Part shown: one piece after another, positions 35,576-49,424 of the stretch | Layout: the number at the start of each line of letters is the position of its first letter | Numbering within the stretch: position 1 is the stretch's first letter | The notes under the pieces: generated by a model | The model's input: the letters and a program-made list of their open reading frames with translations, nothing else | Database searches by the model: none | What the model was told of the DNA's origin: nothing | Translations under genes and position numbers: made by a program | Origin: Tubulanus polymorphus | Lineage: Eukaryota; Animalia; Nemertea | DNA: 64,000 nucleotides | Direction of reading: 5' to 3' | NCBI RefSeq assembly: GCF_964204645.1 | Contig: NC_134027.1 | Location: forward strand, 24,700,560 to 24,764,559

Positions 35576-36854
35576 ATGCGGGGATAACTAGAGTGTTCTC
35601 TGTTTTTTATTTTGATATTTTGAATAATAAACTGTGTTTTTGAATTTGCAGGGTATAGGCTGGGCTTTAATCATATAATCTATTCTCCAAGTTTTTTTTT
35701 AAAGTATGGCTATTTCTACCAAATATAGAAATATTATCAATATTTGAGTTTTGAAAAGTCTCACCCAGAAATCGATGTATGAATAGCGATGCCCCCAGAA
35801 TTTCAACTTACACTATGAGGATGATGCTTGTAGTTTAATTACCAGAGTGATTTTCTTTTCCTGCTGTATTCGTCGGACATTTGCGCAGTTCATAGACTGA
35901 CTACACAAAGGTGTTGCGTATAGGTTTATCATACAAAGATCTGAACGCGCTTTGAGACAATAAAAAAACACAGGTATCAGCTGCCGACGACTTGATTGCG
36001 TGGTGTCCGGACATTAGCTACAGGTGTTGTTGAAATCTGCCCGAGGTATAGATGAGGTGCAGCCTATTGAAGTCTGGGCGAGAGAAAAAAGTCTAAATTT
36101 CATTCTATGCTATACGTGTCATGAACTCCCCAGTCTCCAGGCCTATTTTGTATTTTCAGTCAAGAGACCTTGTCTACTAATAAATATGCTCCGTTGGAAT
36201 TTTTACCGTTGTTGCCGTCGTTTTTTTTTCTTTGTCGTATGATACACATCTAAACAGTCGTTTCATCACCAATGGTTCCCAGTCGAAAGGTGTAGAAGTT
36301 TCTTTGCCTAAATACCAGCGGGCCCGGCCGCCGGGTTCGCCTCGACCGGACAGAATTTTGACTGGTTGTGTATATGACAGCCCGCAGCTTAAAACTGATT
36401 TCAAAAGAGTGTTTTTTATGTTCATACTGGATACCGCCGGGGAGAGACTGAAGTGTTAGTTATTGCATAGGTTTTGAGCCAGAGCATCCTCGCTTGCCAG
36501 GGGTCCGGTATCGCTCCCGAACACGCTTCCACCAACGGGGGAACGGTTTTAGAGTTCGAATCCCTTGATTATGACGGTTGAATACGGTGCCAGGTGGTCC
36601 GCCCGATCAACGGGCGTTTCGGTAACTTTTTCATGCGATACTTAGTACGACTTATATATTTATTACAGCTTAAATAAACAAGTTTGTTGAAAAAAGTAAA
36701 ATTCTACATTATTTCTTCTTCCGTTTACTGCCAGCATCAACATGTTGATGAATATTACAGTTTTCGGTTGTGCGCAGAGGAATAAATATAAGTATCAGGG
36801 AGAAATTTAAAAAGATATTTTAAAGCTTGCAAGGCTGCCGACTGACACCGAATT

Positions 36855-37569
36855 ACGGTCAAAACTCCTCCAGTCAAAACGTCCTCCACTCCAGCGCAAG
36901 CGGTCAAAACGTCCTTGTCTGTATTAGGGGCCTATGTCCTCTCCACACTCAACAGCTCAATCAACAGTAGTGGGGAGAGGGCAGCACCTCACGATAGTCA
37001 CCCTTAGGAACCTTGATGTTTTAAAAAATCTGACCGGTAAAAGTGCAGATCCGCACCTCTCCGTGTAAACGGTTCAATCAATTACATTAAATATCATTGT
37101 TTCAGATTCAAAATGTCATCAGCAATTCAGTACATTGCCATTGGTTAATTTTAGATCTTCACTAGAAAGATTTTAGCCTGGATTCTGTCATTCAGTAGAT
37201 TGCGTCAATGACGAGAGGTGCAAATCTGCACTTTTACCAATCTGAACCTTTTTAGATGTATTTAGACCCCTCCTCCGAAAGTGTGTAATTAGTATGTTGT
37301 AAATAATGTTTGTCTTATGTTTTAAATACTTTTATTTTCTGTTTTCGTAAATATTGATCGACTGCCTCATGCCTCATATACGCCATCTTTACATTAAAGG
37401 TATTATTTAGCTTATAACTCGGATTTAAAAGTAATAATAACTATATGCATTGACAGAATTTATTGTGTGATAAAGTTATTCCGGCTTGAGTGAGGATGTT
37501 TTGACTGACGAAAGTGAGGACCGGTATGCGAGGATATTTTGGCATGAGGACGTTTTGACCCGACACCCT
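36855..37569. mobile_element. Non-autonomous DNA transposon with subterminal repeats
   Basis: GGTCAAAACGTCCTC-like motifs repeated at 36856-36915 and inverted (GAGGACGTTTTGACC) at 37490-37560. Confidence 0.55.
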
Positions 37570-37579
37570 GACACCAGGT

Positions 37580-37625
37580 CTGCAGGGAGTTATTCCACTC
37601 TCGGATAGTGCGAGGGAACGACTGC
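37580..37625 (-). mobile_element. CR1-like LINE ORF2 end remnant
   Basis: Minus strand reads FPRTIREWN, the FFPRTI.DWN.LP motif. Confidence 0.45.
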
Positions 37626-37720
37626 TTCCTGGTTTCTGTGCGCTGGTATTTTCTGACGATTTTATGTGTTTTAAACTCATTACTCTAGCTAGAGCCGGGA
37701 GTCGTATGGTTTGACGAAGA

Positions 37721-40700
37721 ATGGACGATAGTTTGTGGTGTGGTGAGATCTGTTATCGAGCCGAAGGTGGAAAAGGTCTCGTCGTGTCGGTTAAACAGGT
37801 GAAAAAAGGCTGCTAATTAATCTATTATTCTTCCAGATAGCCACACTTTAGCCTATAATGGCTATATCCATGAAAAAATTGCTCCAATCTTACTAAAAGC
37901 TTGTTGGAATTGGAAGGGTTCAAATAACAAAATGATTTTAAAATTTTTGTATTATGTTCTGTGGTTTTTGAGATAATGCAAATTAAAGTTTGAAAATTTG
38001 AGCAATGTGTCATGTTTCACACAAAAACTGGGATTTATGAAGGCAATGTTTCATATTAACAAACTTCAATATCTCCTGAACTATGAGAGATAGATTTAGA
38101 TTTTAAAGAGCATTACACTTGTAGCACTTTGAGATAAAGTTGAAAGACCCACAATTTTGCTATGTTTTCCATGGAAAACAGCTGAAAAATGGTAAAATAA
38201 TTAAATATCAATGTTAGGCTAGGTCAAAAGTGATGATGTTTGAAGGTGATAGAATAACTAGTTATCATATTTTTATGTTTGCCCTAAGTTTATCTAAGAA
38301 AATCTATTATCATGTAGATTGTTATTATTATTTGTCTCCATGGTAATATCCAGAAAAATTGTGAAATTTTGAGAAATAAGATATGATTTCAACAAGTTTA
38401 ATTATATTTTTCATTCATAACATTAGTTATAGAATTGGATCAAGCATTTGAAATAAAGGCCTGTCTGTCAGGATTATGCATGAATGGCCTATATTGCAAA
38501 TTGATTCAAATATTTAGCAATAATAAATATTATTATTTGTTATAATATTTAAAAAGAGAATAGCAGAAAATCAGGCTTGGCCTAACTCAAAATGTCTAGA
38601 ATTTGAAATATATTCCTAATTATCAATCAGTTTAGAAAAAGGCAATAATAATGATAATACGAATGATAATAGCTTAATAATAATCCATTTGTTTGGTTTT
38701 AAGCTTAATAATTTCAACAATTATATATATTGAATTTAAAGTTGCTGCTCCCGGAAAATCCGACTCAATCTTCAATTTATTTTGTTTCAGGAATCGAGAA
38801 AAATAAGCGAAAAAACTCACCAGAGATTCGTTTACCGGTTCCTTAAACGAACTGTCAACACCGAAACTAACAAGGTGAAATCATAAAACTTAATTGAATG
38901 TGGCTTTAGCAATTAGGCTAATCAGTTGATATCAATTGCCGCAATCGAAAGATCAATTGATAATCAATTAACCCTTTCAGTGCCGACTAATTGATGCTCT
39001 TTTGCGCTGGAGATAATTTGATAATTTTGAAAAATTCCTCCCTAGTTTGTTGAATAACGGGAAAACCACTATAGTGTCTACACCGTGGCGCGGTGTATCA
39101 TTAGTTACTGATATTTCACTATGTTTAAAAGGTGCTGCCATTCTTTCAAGAGATAAAAACTAATTACATCAAATACACCGCGGTGCAGTGTACTAGCAAA
39201 ATCCATCACCGATTTATACACCGCAGTGCAGTGTAGATGCACTGAAAGGGTTAATGATATCAGAACATCGATTAACTATAATTGCCTCATTAATGAACAG
39301 TAACTATTTAAATGAATGATTGATTTTATATTCCGGATGAACACCTGAATCTTATTTGACTCTGAGTTTAAGTTTTAAATACTTTTGACTAAAATCTGTG
39401 GAAGCTGGATCCTAATTTCCTCACGACAATGATATCGTTTTCAAATGAGGAAGCATTTGAAGCATTATGTTTTCCTTTTTCGACTCAAATGCGGTCCATC
39501 ATCGATTCATACACTGCAGTGCGGTGTAGACGCAAGTGAAAGTGTTGAGCATTGGTTTTTCTTTTTTCAGGATGGAATTCAAAACGGTTTCGATGAAATG
39601 GTGAAATGCGTCGATTACATTAGAAACGTAATGATGCCATTGATTGATAAACGATACATACGAATGCCGGTAAGTTCGCTCTAGTGTTGTAACAGTTGGT
39701 AGGCCCTACAATCCGTCCGGATTTTCAGACGGGGTGCTCGGCTGTGCCCAGTTTCACAAAAGGGATTAAGGCCTAAATCAATTTTAAGTAAACTGAATTA
39801 ACGAAGATATTGAATCGATTTAAATCTTTTTGTGAAACTGGGCCCAGAGCATTCCACTTAATTCCTAAAGTATGTTCCATTGGTAACTCGCTAAAATCTA
39901 AGTCTAACGACGGATTAGCACGCTCCGTGAGTGAGTTTGCTACAAAGGTACAAAAATACAACATTTAGACAACAACGTTCAAAAAAAGGCCAAACTTTAG
40001 TTTGAAATTCAGCAAATCTAAATTGATATAAATACTTACAATAACTGTGCCGTACAAGGGGTATATAGAACCAGACTGACGCCTAGTCAAGAATTCACAG
40101 GTTTAAACACAGTGCTGGTCATAAACGCGAAAAATGTTTAAGTTCGCTTAACAAATAACAATTGCAGGATTTAATACGCTTCGAATACAGTACGATCTCA
40201 CTACAGAGCGTTGAATACATAATACATAATACAAATAGCTTAAGATATACAATAAATCGACATTTCTATATGAAATACACTAGTTTCCAACAAGCTAAGC
40301 TTATCATTGATATAGAAAATGCCGGGGAGGCACTTACCTGGAAACACTGGAAAACTGAGGGAAATCAGGGAAAACTCAAGGGATTTGACAAGTTTTACCG
40401 AAAACTCAGGCAATTCATATAATGTTATTGACCAAGTGTTTCTTTATCAATACGTGAATTGCTAAAAAAAATGAATGAATCGTAAAATTTTAAACCTAGA
40501 AATTTCTCTGATTCACTCTGGGGAATTTTGTGCTATCACATAGAAAAACCAGGAGATTTGTAAATTGGTGGAAAGTGGCCTCCCTGTGTACTGACTTTTG
40601 ACTGTAAGAAGTGTCGATTAACGGCTCTTTTACACCGAGTTCGTGTGTCTGGAATCTGCCATGAAATGCTGATTTTTACTTTCAGAAAGTAATCAGGGTA

Positions 40701-43700
40701 GAAGAGGATTTCATAAACTTAGTCAATAAAACGGTCCATGACGTAAGACCAGGTACGAAATGGAAGGCTTTTTCAACCAGTTTTAACTCGAGCCAGGTTG
40801 ATTTGGCAAATGTCAATGAACTCATCTACAATCATGACCAGGCATTGATTGAAGATTGTTGGGCAGTTATCTGCCAGGGGCGTTATTGTCATAGGATTGA
40901 ATAACTTAACAATTAAGTAAACTCCTCAGTTCTGGCTGAAACTTGTCCATACCACCAGTTATGGTGTCTCGATATTTTAGAAATGTCGAAATCTAATTCT
41001 CAAAATCAAATTATTCGAACCAGTTTTTAGCCTACTTGGGACTTTGAGCAGGCTTTGCATTCACTTTTCGCTGGTCGATCGTCCACATAGCTTCTCTTAC
41101 AGGGGTTTCTGAAAAGATCGATAATTTTCTGAATATCCTGAGTGGTTCTAGAACAAAATCACCGGCATTTATTTGTCACTGTATTTGTAACTTTGTTAAG
41201 CCAGGTTGTGAAAATGTTGTCTTGACGAAAAAGGGGACCTGGATGCTTTGGCCCCCCTTGGATCTGCCCCTGGCTGTATTTGTTATTATCTATATCTTTT
41301 CGTCCCATTTCCAAGGTTCATTGATATCGCTCTTTTTAAATCGTAAGAATAGTGTATTTTTTACCTTACAAAAGTGCTTACTTTTACTATCAAAAAGTGC
41401 TCAGAAAGTGCTTACTTTTGCTTCAGCTTTACTACTATGAAACCTGCCTTTCATCCGCATTCATCGATCCCGGCTTGCTGGGTCCATTGCGTCATAATTT
41501 GAAAATGCATACATGCCATATCGTGTATCGTCCATGTTATTGATACGATGAAAAATAAAATTTGTACATTCATTTTCAGGTGATTGTCAAAATATCCTAT
41601 AGAGTCTAATGCATCTATTCTAAAAGTGTGTGTTACATGAACAAGAATCTAATTTTCATGGTGTTCCTCACTCTAATGACTTGAGGGATTTTTTAATTCA
41701 TTAATGTCGGCACTGAATACATTTCTACAATCCTTTTCAAAGTGAAATCAGAATAAAGATTTTCACGCGCTAGCTCTATTCAGATTTGATTATGACTTGC
41801 GTAGCCTATAGAAAATGTACCGAAATAAATTCTACAGAAATTAAACGAGACCAAATTGACGGTTTTTAGAATGCCTGACAATAATCAATCTAACACAATT
41901 CACGAGTGTTTCAGTGAACGCTACTGGCAAGCTGCTGAGCACCGATTGAATATCCGAGCGATTGCAGGTACGGTTGTTTGCGCGACTGGTTTGGTCTGCA
42001 ACTGTTTGAGTTTCATTATCTTGAGACGCATGTACTCGAGTATGGTCGCTACATACTACCTGCTCAGCATACTCGCTGTCGTCGATTCCTTATTTCTCAT
42101 CCTCAGCTTTTGCTTTTACAACCTCACCGATTTTATCGGACTTTGGGAATTCGGCTTCGTAGACTATCACCATTTGCGCGTACATTTTCTAGCCCCCTAT
42201 CCGAGATATTACGTGACGGTTTTCAATTTGATCGTTAAGATGTATCGAAACTGGCTGATAGCTATGATCAGTATCGAGCGTTGGTTGCAACTGTCGTTCC
42301 CGCTGAAATCCCGAGTTTTCATTACTCAAAAAAGATGTACGTTCTCTGTCGTGGGTCTGTTTATATTCTGTTTTTTGACACACGTCTATCGTTGGCGGTT
42401 TAACACTTTGAAAGCTGTATTCAACGATTGTCCGTCGTTTAATCGTATGATGCTAATGCAGGACGTTCATCCCGATGGAAAGTTGGCCGGTCGTCTGTCG
42501 AACATCGTATTCGTCGTAGCGATGCCGTTCGTGTTACTCTCGATTACGAATATCGCGTTGATCAGAATCGTAATCGGAGCGACATCGCGACGTAAAAAGA
42601 TTTCCCAGTCGTCGTCGGTCGGCGCTGGTGACATACAGGCTACGACGTTAGCCCTGTCCTCGGTTATCGTCTATCTTGTTTGCGAAAGTCCGATGATGGT
42701 CGACCGAATACTGAATCTGATGGGCATTCGTATGTATTTGAGCGTTTTAAAAACCTTTTTATCGCAAGTCGATTCTTGCGTAAATTTCTTCCTGTACTGT
42801 CTGTCGAGTGTCAAGTTTAGACATATCGTACGCAATACATTTTGCAACCAATGTCGCTAAACAGCTTTTGAAAAATAAAATTTAGTCTTGTAACTGTGTA
42901 GTCATTAAAATACAATAAAAACACTGTAAGCAATTGGGATATTGGTCTTTTGCATGGGCAGATCCAACCTACCACTACTACCGCTTGGAGCAGTACTCAC
43001 GTTTATAGAAGTGCCCTTCTATTTTACAAGTTGTGGTAGAAGTAATTCAAAATTTCCAATTGGAATAATCAAAAATGGGTGAACTTCCAAATTTTTAATG
43101 AATGATTTTTCTTTGACATGTCAAAGTGTCATATTTTGTGGATGCAGAGAAGGACTTGATGCCCCAAATGGACTCAGATTGCATCTCGAAGCCCTAAAAT
43201 TCAAAATTTTCTATGGCATAGGTGCCCTTCCACAGCTGAGCGGTACTCAAAAACCTAGGTTAGATCCGCCCCTGTTTTGTGTATAGTATTTACAGTTAAA
43301 ACCGTAAATACTGGTATGAAATGATTTTTGCTGGAGATTTCTCATAAATTGGATTCATAAGAGTCTAGAAGTTCTAGAAGGAGAGCTAATAGAAATTTCT
43401 ACTAAAGATGTGAATCTATATTTAGGACTCGAAAATGTTAACAACTCCACTCTGTTGTTAAATATGGATTGGAAGATCAGTCCACAGAGGAACGCAATTG
43501 CCTACAGTTGAACATTTAAAAGATGTATAAACTTATCGGATGAGTGGAGGAGCAACATCATCCTCCCGGCAAATATAAGAAAACGTTTGAATTACTATGG
43601 CCACATACTCCCTCGGGACACTGGCCATCTTTGTGTCATGGTAGATGTGGAAAAATCTTTTGAAAAATATGTCAAAAGGTTTTTACTCAGTCTTGATATT

Positions 43701-46700
43701 TGACAATTGAAAACATTGAATTGCCCGGAAGTTGAATATCGATTTATATGCAATTTTTTTATTCATATTTGTACCGTATTGCGTATTTTGTAACCGCAAT
43801 CAATTGTTAGATTTGTAGCTCATGACATGTTTTTGGTATTTGTTCACCAGGGGGCGTTGAATTGTGGAATAGTAATGTATTTCCATGTGTGCATGTACTG
43901 GTTGGTACCTATGCATATCTTGTAACGAAGATCAATTTTGAAAATTTCAATCTCATGACAAGCTCTGCATATGTGATGAGTTCATTGACTACTCTATCAA
44001 TTCACCAGGGGGCGTTGAATATTGAAATTGTCAGATTGTCGAGCATTTCCCCGAGTGGGCATCGCGTCCCCAGTCCCCTAGTGTCATCGGTTGGAAATTT
44101 TTTTTAGATTTTCATCCATTGTTTCTGTTATAGATTATCGAATGAACACCGAAGTCGATCCTCAGTGTAATTACGCGTTCTGTTTAGAAGACGCAACAGA
44201 CGTTCCGAGCGCGATCAGATCGTGTCCTACAATCGCCATTGAAATCAAGGTATCGAACACAGGCTGAACCGCATGTTTATCGATTATGGCTAAAAAAAAT
44301 TGATACCTTGTTTCTCCGCTCTGCTGAGCTTAAATGTTGACCCGGCCGGCCGCCTATCTACCCTATACATTACTTTTTTTTAAATCGTGATCAATTTTAC
44401 CATAACTCACCCGGCCGCTATAGAAATGAACTGTTTACAAATTTTATCATTTTTTACAAAAATGACCCGGCCGCTGCGGAGAAACAAGGTATCATTTTTG
44501 TTTAGCCTATTTATCTACAACTCCTTCATTGCTCTAGTCTAAACGGAAACTCCTTTGATTTGAGCAAAATACCTGAAACTCATTTAGAATTCAATCGCTC
44601 TTGAGAAATAGGCGATTATGATTTTTCTGTCTAGTTTGTAGTGGTACAGAAAACTAGGATTTTTTTAAAACCTAGTAGGTGGTTTTCAAATTAGAAACCA
44701 AGTTTAAGTAGTTTCAAGGATAAATTTGCTTAATAAACCACTGAATTAACAGTTTACCTAGATTAACAGTACCGATTCATGGGAGGAGTCTACTGTGACT
44801 AGGATATAAAAGTGATGCAGAAGTTTCCTTGAAATATAAAATTTTCACCCTAAAAACTTGTTGGCCGATCTGTAGGGACCTTGATGGAAAATGGCCTTGA
44901 ATTGATTATCATTAAACTCTGTAAAAAAATAACATTGACAAGAATATTTTGAATATAAGATGTGGACCTCTTTTACAAAACTCTGAAATAAACCCATTTT
45001 AGCCAGGTTTAAGTTTCTCAGAATTGTTGTCTTGAATTGATTTAATTTCTTATCAATTATTATTCATGTTTGAACATATGCAAAACTGTTGCGAAAACTG
45101 AATCAAAAACTCAAAACGCAATCATTCAAAAAATTATATGAATATTTGGTTCTAGAAAGAGCTCAGCCTATCTACAGCATATGAACTAAAACTGTTCTTA
45201 CTTACTAATCTTTTATGATTCTTTTTTGGATTACGCATCTTAAATTCAATTTATTTTCAGCCAAAAACCGGATTTCTGCCTCTGAAATCAGCCCACATCC
45301 GTGACGAACATCAAATACGAAGACAGATTTGTAAATTTCAAATTGAACAGCGGGATAAGGTACTCGTCGCTACGATTATTAATTTTCATCTTTTTCTAAC
45401 CGATTTTCTCTAAAATGGAGTCGTTGAAATATGCTGAAATCTTACCATTTCTTATTTCTATTTTACTCGATTCTGCGAACAAAATCTTCGTTCCGTTTTT
45501 TCAGGTGAAGAAACGTCGTTGGAAAACGATAAGTAACTATTGCCCGATTGATCTGTTCTCCGGGTAAGTTTGATATTTCAGCCGCACTTCGTACAGTACA
45601 TGCACAATCCATGGTCAGACCCCGTGATCAACGTTTTGAAGAACAGAATCAACTATCGAAGAAAAACTGCGTGAGGATTTTGACGTTTCATCCCGAATGC
45701 TATGAGCTATTTTTAAGAACTGTCATTTTATTCTTTCAGGCTGGACCATGCACCCCTCAGACATTCAATACTTTATCAGTATCAAATTCTTCCGATTTGT
45801 TTATCATTTTTACATTCTTGAATATGGCTCATAGCATTTCAGTTGAAACGTCAAAATCCTCCTACAGTTTTTCTTTGATTTTGGATTTTATTCCAAACTG
45901 ATGAATTAGACACGTCAACCAATTCTCGGCATAAGATCATCAAAGTGATCAGATTTTCCACTCTTATCTATCGTATGATATACCATTAACTGATCTTGCA
46001 CTGTTGATCGTTTTCAGAGATGTCTCCAGGATGACGTCGGCCATGAGGGAACTCGTTAAATGCCCGCAAAATAATCTACGCTTATTTTGGGTGAGTGTTA
46101 CTATGATCTGTGGCTCGTACAGATAAGTGAAATCGGGGTATTTCGGATTATGAATCAGAATTGTGGTGTCTTGTTGTTCTTGCTGACGACTAAAGTGGCA
46201 CAAGGAACCTCTTGTGTAGAAAAGGCCATCAATGAGAATGTCTTAAACCTTAGTCAGGGAAATTTTGGTCAAGGATATCAGTGAATTTTGGATACCCTAA
46301 TCTTTAAGAAAGCTGATAATCACTTCATGATTTAAACGTATTCATAAATAATTTTTTCATACGAAGGGTCAGGTAAGTTTTTAGTTAGTTACCTTATCGT
46401 TGGTGGTAAGCTTTTTATAATCGGATGGGCTTGTGGTTTGTGAAAATATCCAATCGTGAAACTAAACCACAGTCAGGTTACTGACTAGTAAGTTTTCAGA
46501 CCTACAGCTATCAGGACCCAGTTCTGAGTTTTTTTTTTGTTTGATCTTCGATTGTGATATTTGTTAATTTGCAAGGATACAACTCAATAGATAAAAACCA
46601 GTCACAACTGTGAAACTGGCCTTAAGTTATCCGAAATCAACATCCATACAATCAATTTCTCATTTCAGTCGGAGAAAGTGATATTTTCTCAGGAAGATTT

Positions 46701-49209
46701 TGGTGATTTGGCCGATATATTGAAACGATATTATTGGAATGAATGCGTCTCTAGTTCGGACGACGCAAATGGCTTAATTTGGTAAGTTAAAATTGATCGA
46801 AACTGTATGACCTGTAAAAATGGTTCGGATTTGTTCCGAATGATCTAATCATGTCATGTTTCGAGGATTCAGTTGCAGTCACGACTTCAGTCCGAGTCTT
46901 ATATAGCAGACTCTTTACTCAGTTCTTAAATCGGTGAATTTTACCTTATTTAGTTGGATACATTTGTGTTAGATTTTCCTCAAATGGTTTGCTTTGAATC
47001 CCTTAATTTAACATCGGTCATATTAGGAGCATTATTGCGCAATTCTCCATTCGAAATAGGACATGAAAGATGGTCCCGACGACTCCTTGATTCCTTAAAA
47101 ACTCCTTCTAAACTGAAAATGCTTTTAAAGGTGTTTGAAATGCCTTCAATTTCGAGAAATAGGCAATAAGAAATGTTTGTAGTTGGACAGTAGACTACGC
47201 CTAAATCAGTTGGGACCAGGATATTTTCTTGACCAAGTAGAACCTGAGTTTAGGTAGTGTATAGGATAAAAATTTGTTTATGAAACGACTGAATTAATGG
47301 TTTACCGAGACAAACAATACTGATTTAGGAGGAGTCTACAGTAATTGGGATATGGATGCGATGCAGACGCCTCCTCAAATTTTGAAAATTCCTCAGACTC
47401 CTCAATTCAAGAATTACTGATTTAGGCACCCGGAATAAGCCGCATGTGTTTTTCTCTCGCCACAGGTCGGTGGATGATTTAATCCACGTCACAATACAAG
47501 CTTTATTAATGGACGTTTCCGTCTCGGAAGAGAGAAAAAACTCGCAAATTGTATTACCAGAACAGAAGTGCCTCGCGAGTAAATGGATTAAAACTGACCC
47601 CGCCGTCGGTGACAGCAGCTCGAGTCGTCTGCCATCCGGCTGCGTACTGTCCGATATACTACACGCTCAGATGTTCGATGATTTAGATATCGAAGGTATT
47701 TTCCCGTTATATCAAAATCTCATCGAGAAACCGCAACAAGGAGAAGAACGATCGCGCCTGTGAGTATCTCCGTTCATTGTTATACGAGTTATCTCAACGT
47801 TCCAGTGCTATGCCACTTACCGAATCGAGATATCTCGATAGTTCGCGAGATATATCTAATATCAAATCAGTCACCAGTATCGGAAATTTCTTAACAACTC
47901 ATTCTAACAACAAGACTATTCTCAAGATTTAAATCCACTTCTGCTTTACGGAATTCATGACTGTCCAACTAGGCCCAGGGCTATCTTTGAGTCAGGGTCC
48001 CTATGCTTCTTCATTCCTTGAAAACTCCTTTGATTTGAACAAAATGCCCGAAACTCCTTCAATTTGGAGAAATAGGCAATTAGAAAGTTAGTAGCTTGTA
48101 GTTAGTTGTACAATAGACTACCCCTAAATCGACACAGTTGGGACCTGGATTTTCTTAACCCAATTAGGCGGTTACCGAATTCTAAACAGAGTTTAGTATT
48201 GTTATTCTAATCAGAGTTTAGTTAGTGTAAAAGATGAAGATTTGCTTACAAAACCACTGAATCAATGGTTAACTAAGATAAACAGTACCGATTCAGGAGG
48301 AGTCTACTGTAATTTGGATATGAAAGTGATGCAGTGCCCTGGAACTACGAGATATCTCATATTTACAGCGTGGTTTGAAGTTGCTCATAGTTTAACGATA
48401 CGTAGCCGGTGAGAATTTGATATGATAATCTATCGATAATTCTGCATTCTAGAGAGGACTGGAAACTGGATGGACCGTATCCGGAAAACTGGTTGAATAA
48501 CACGTCGGATGAGTACGCTGTGAGGAAGGTAAGAAGAATGACTCGTGAATTCTTCGAAATGAACAATGAATAGACCTTTAGATCTAACTTCAACCGACAG
48601 CATGCTAGCTTGCATGAATGCGGTTCTCTATCGAACATAAGTTTCATCGCTGAATGTTGCTATTTCTCGTTGAAGGCAAAAGAATATCTAGCTAGCGCTA
48701 CCGCGAAGGACTGTTCTGTGATGATAGCTGTCAGACCGAAGTTCAACGGGTGCGTTTTTTGTTTCATATCGTCTTTAGAAAACAACGTTTAAATTGTTTT
48801 TACGGCATGGGGTCATTCATTTATTACGGACACATTAGGGTAGAGGGAGGGGTCAGTGCAATTGCGTCCTGTAATGGTTAATGTATATGAAAAAATGGCC
48901 GATTTTGCGTAAATAGGGGGGGTTGAAAAGTTCAAAATTTATGCGTACGTAATAAATGAATGATCTCCATCAGTACTCCAGTCTATCAGTCACCGAGACC
49001 GGTTCTAATTTGATCGTGTGTTTTGTTTTAGGGAAACCGCCGATGTTGAAAGCGGAGTATTTGAAGTGCGCGATACGAAAGGAACGGCGTTCCTGGCGCG
49101 AGTATCGATTATCGATCTCGACATCAAACCGACGTTGAAAATACCGGGACATTTAAAACTCGTTACGAACTCGACGAAAAACTTCAACCTCGACTCTAGT
49201 CATCGGTGA
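37721..49209 (+). CDS. IPPK: Inositol-pentakisphosphate 2-kinase, 13 exons, about 469 aa
   Basis: Phase-consistent exons: 37721-37798, 38791-38874, 39571-39669, 40686-40752, 44134-44249, 45261-45359, 45505-45563, 46018-46090, 46669-46781, 47466-47759, 48453-48528, 48676-48749, 49032-49209. Motifs: YRAEGGKGLVV, RFLK, EIKPK, YCPIDLFSG, PQNNLRLF, DDLDIEG, TAKDCSVMI, DLDIKP. Confidence 0.95.
38972..39250 (+). mobile_element. piggyBac-like MITE (family A) in IPPK intron 2
   Basis: TTAA TSD and CCCTTTCAGTGC TIRs. Confidence 0.88.
41871..42860 (+). CDS. Intronless rhodopsin-class GPCR, FMRFamide-receptor-like, nested in IPPK intron 4
   Basis: Seven hydrophobic segments; GLVCNCLSF, LAVVDSLFL, RNWLIAMISIERW, YLVCESP, DSCVNFFLYCLSSVKFR. 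ATG at 41871; AATAAA at about 42874 and 42914. Confidence 0.88.
   Translation: MPDNNQSNTIHECFSERYWQAAEHRLNIRAIAGTVVCATGLVCNCLSFIILRRMYSSMVATYYLLSILAVVDSLFLILSFCFYNLTDFIGLWEFGFVDYHHLRVHFLAPYPRYYVTVFNLIVKMYRNWLIAMISIERWLQLSFPLKSRVFITQKRCTFSVVGLFIFCFLTHVYRWRFNTLKAVFNDCPSFNRMMLMQDVHPDGKLAGRLSNIVFVVAMPFVLLSITNIALIRIVIGATSRRKKISQSSSVGAGDIQATTLALSSVIVYLVCESPMMVDRILNLMGIRMYLSVLKTFLSQVDSCVNFFLYCLSSVKFRHIVRNTFCNQCR
44288..44509. mobile_element. MITE with GGCTAAA..TGATACCTTGTTTCTCCGC TIRs (Zator/Harbinger-like); partial reverse copy at about 26853-27015
   Basis: Inverted termini of about 30 bp and shared internal CCGGCCGGCC..CCTATCTACC. Confidence 0.65.
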
Positions 49210-49424
49210 TTATTTTAAGGAAGTTCGGTCAACTTTCGGTTATCCATCCAGAACTGCACCATCAAATGCGGGGCAAGAGTTCGGGAAAAGGTGTATGATT
49301 TTTCAATAGATTTTGAAAAAAAAACCCCACAGATTTTCAGGTTCCAGATGTCACCCGAGACCAAAAAGTGTTCGTAAATCATAGAACTGGCCTCAAATTT
49401 TTTTGTTTGGATTTATTTAGAACT

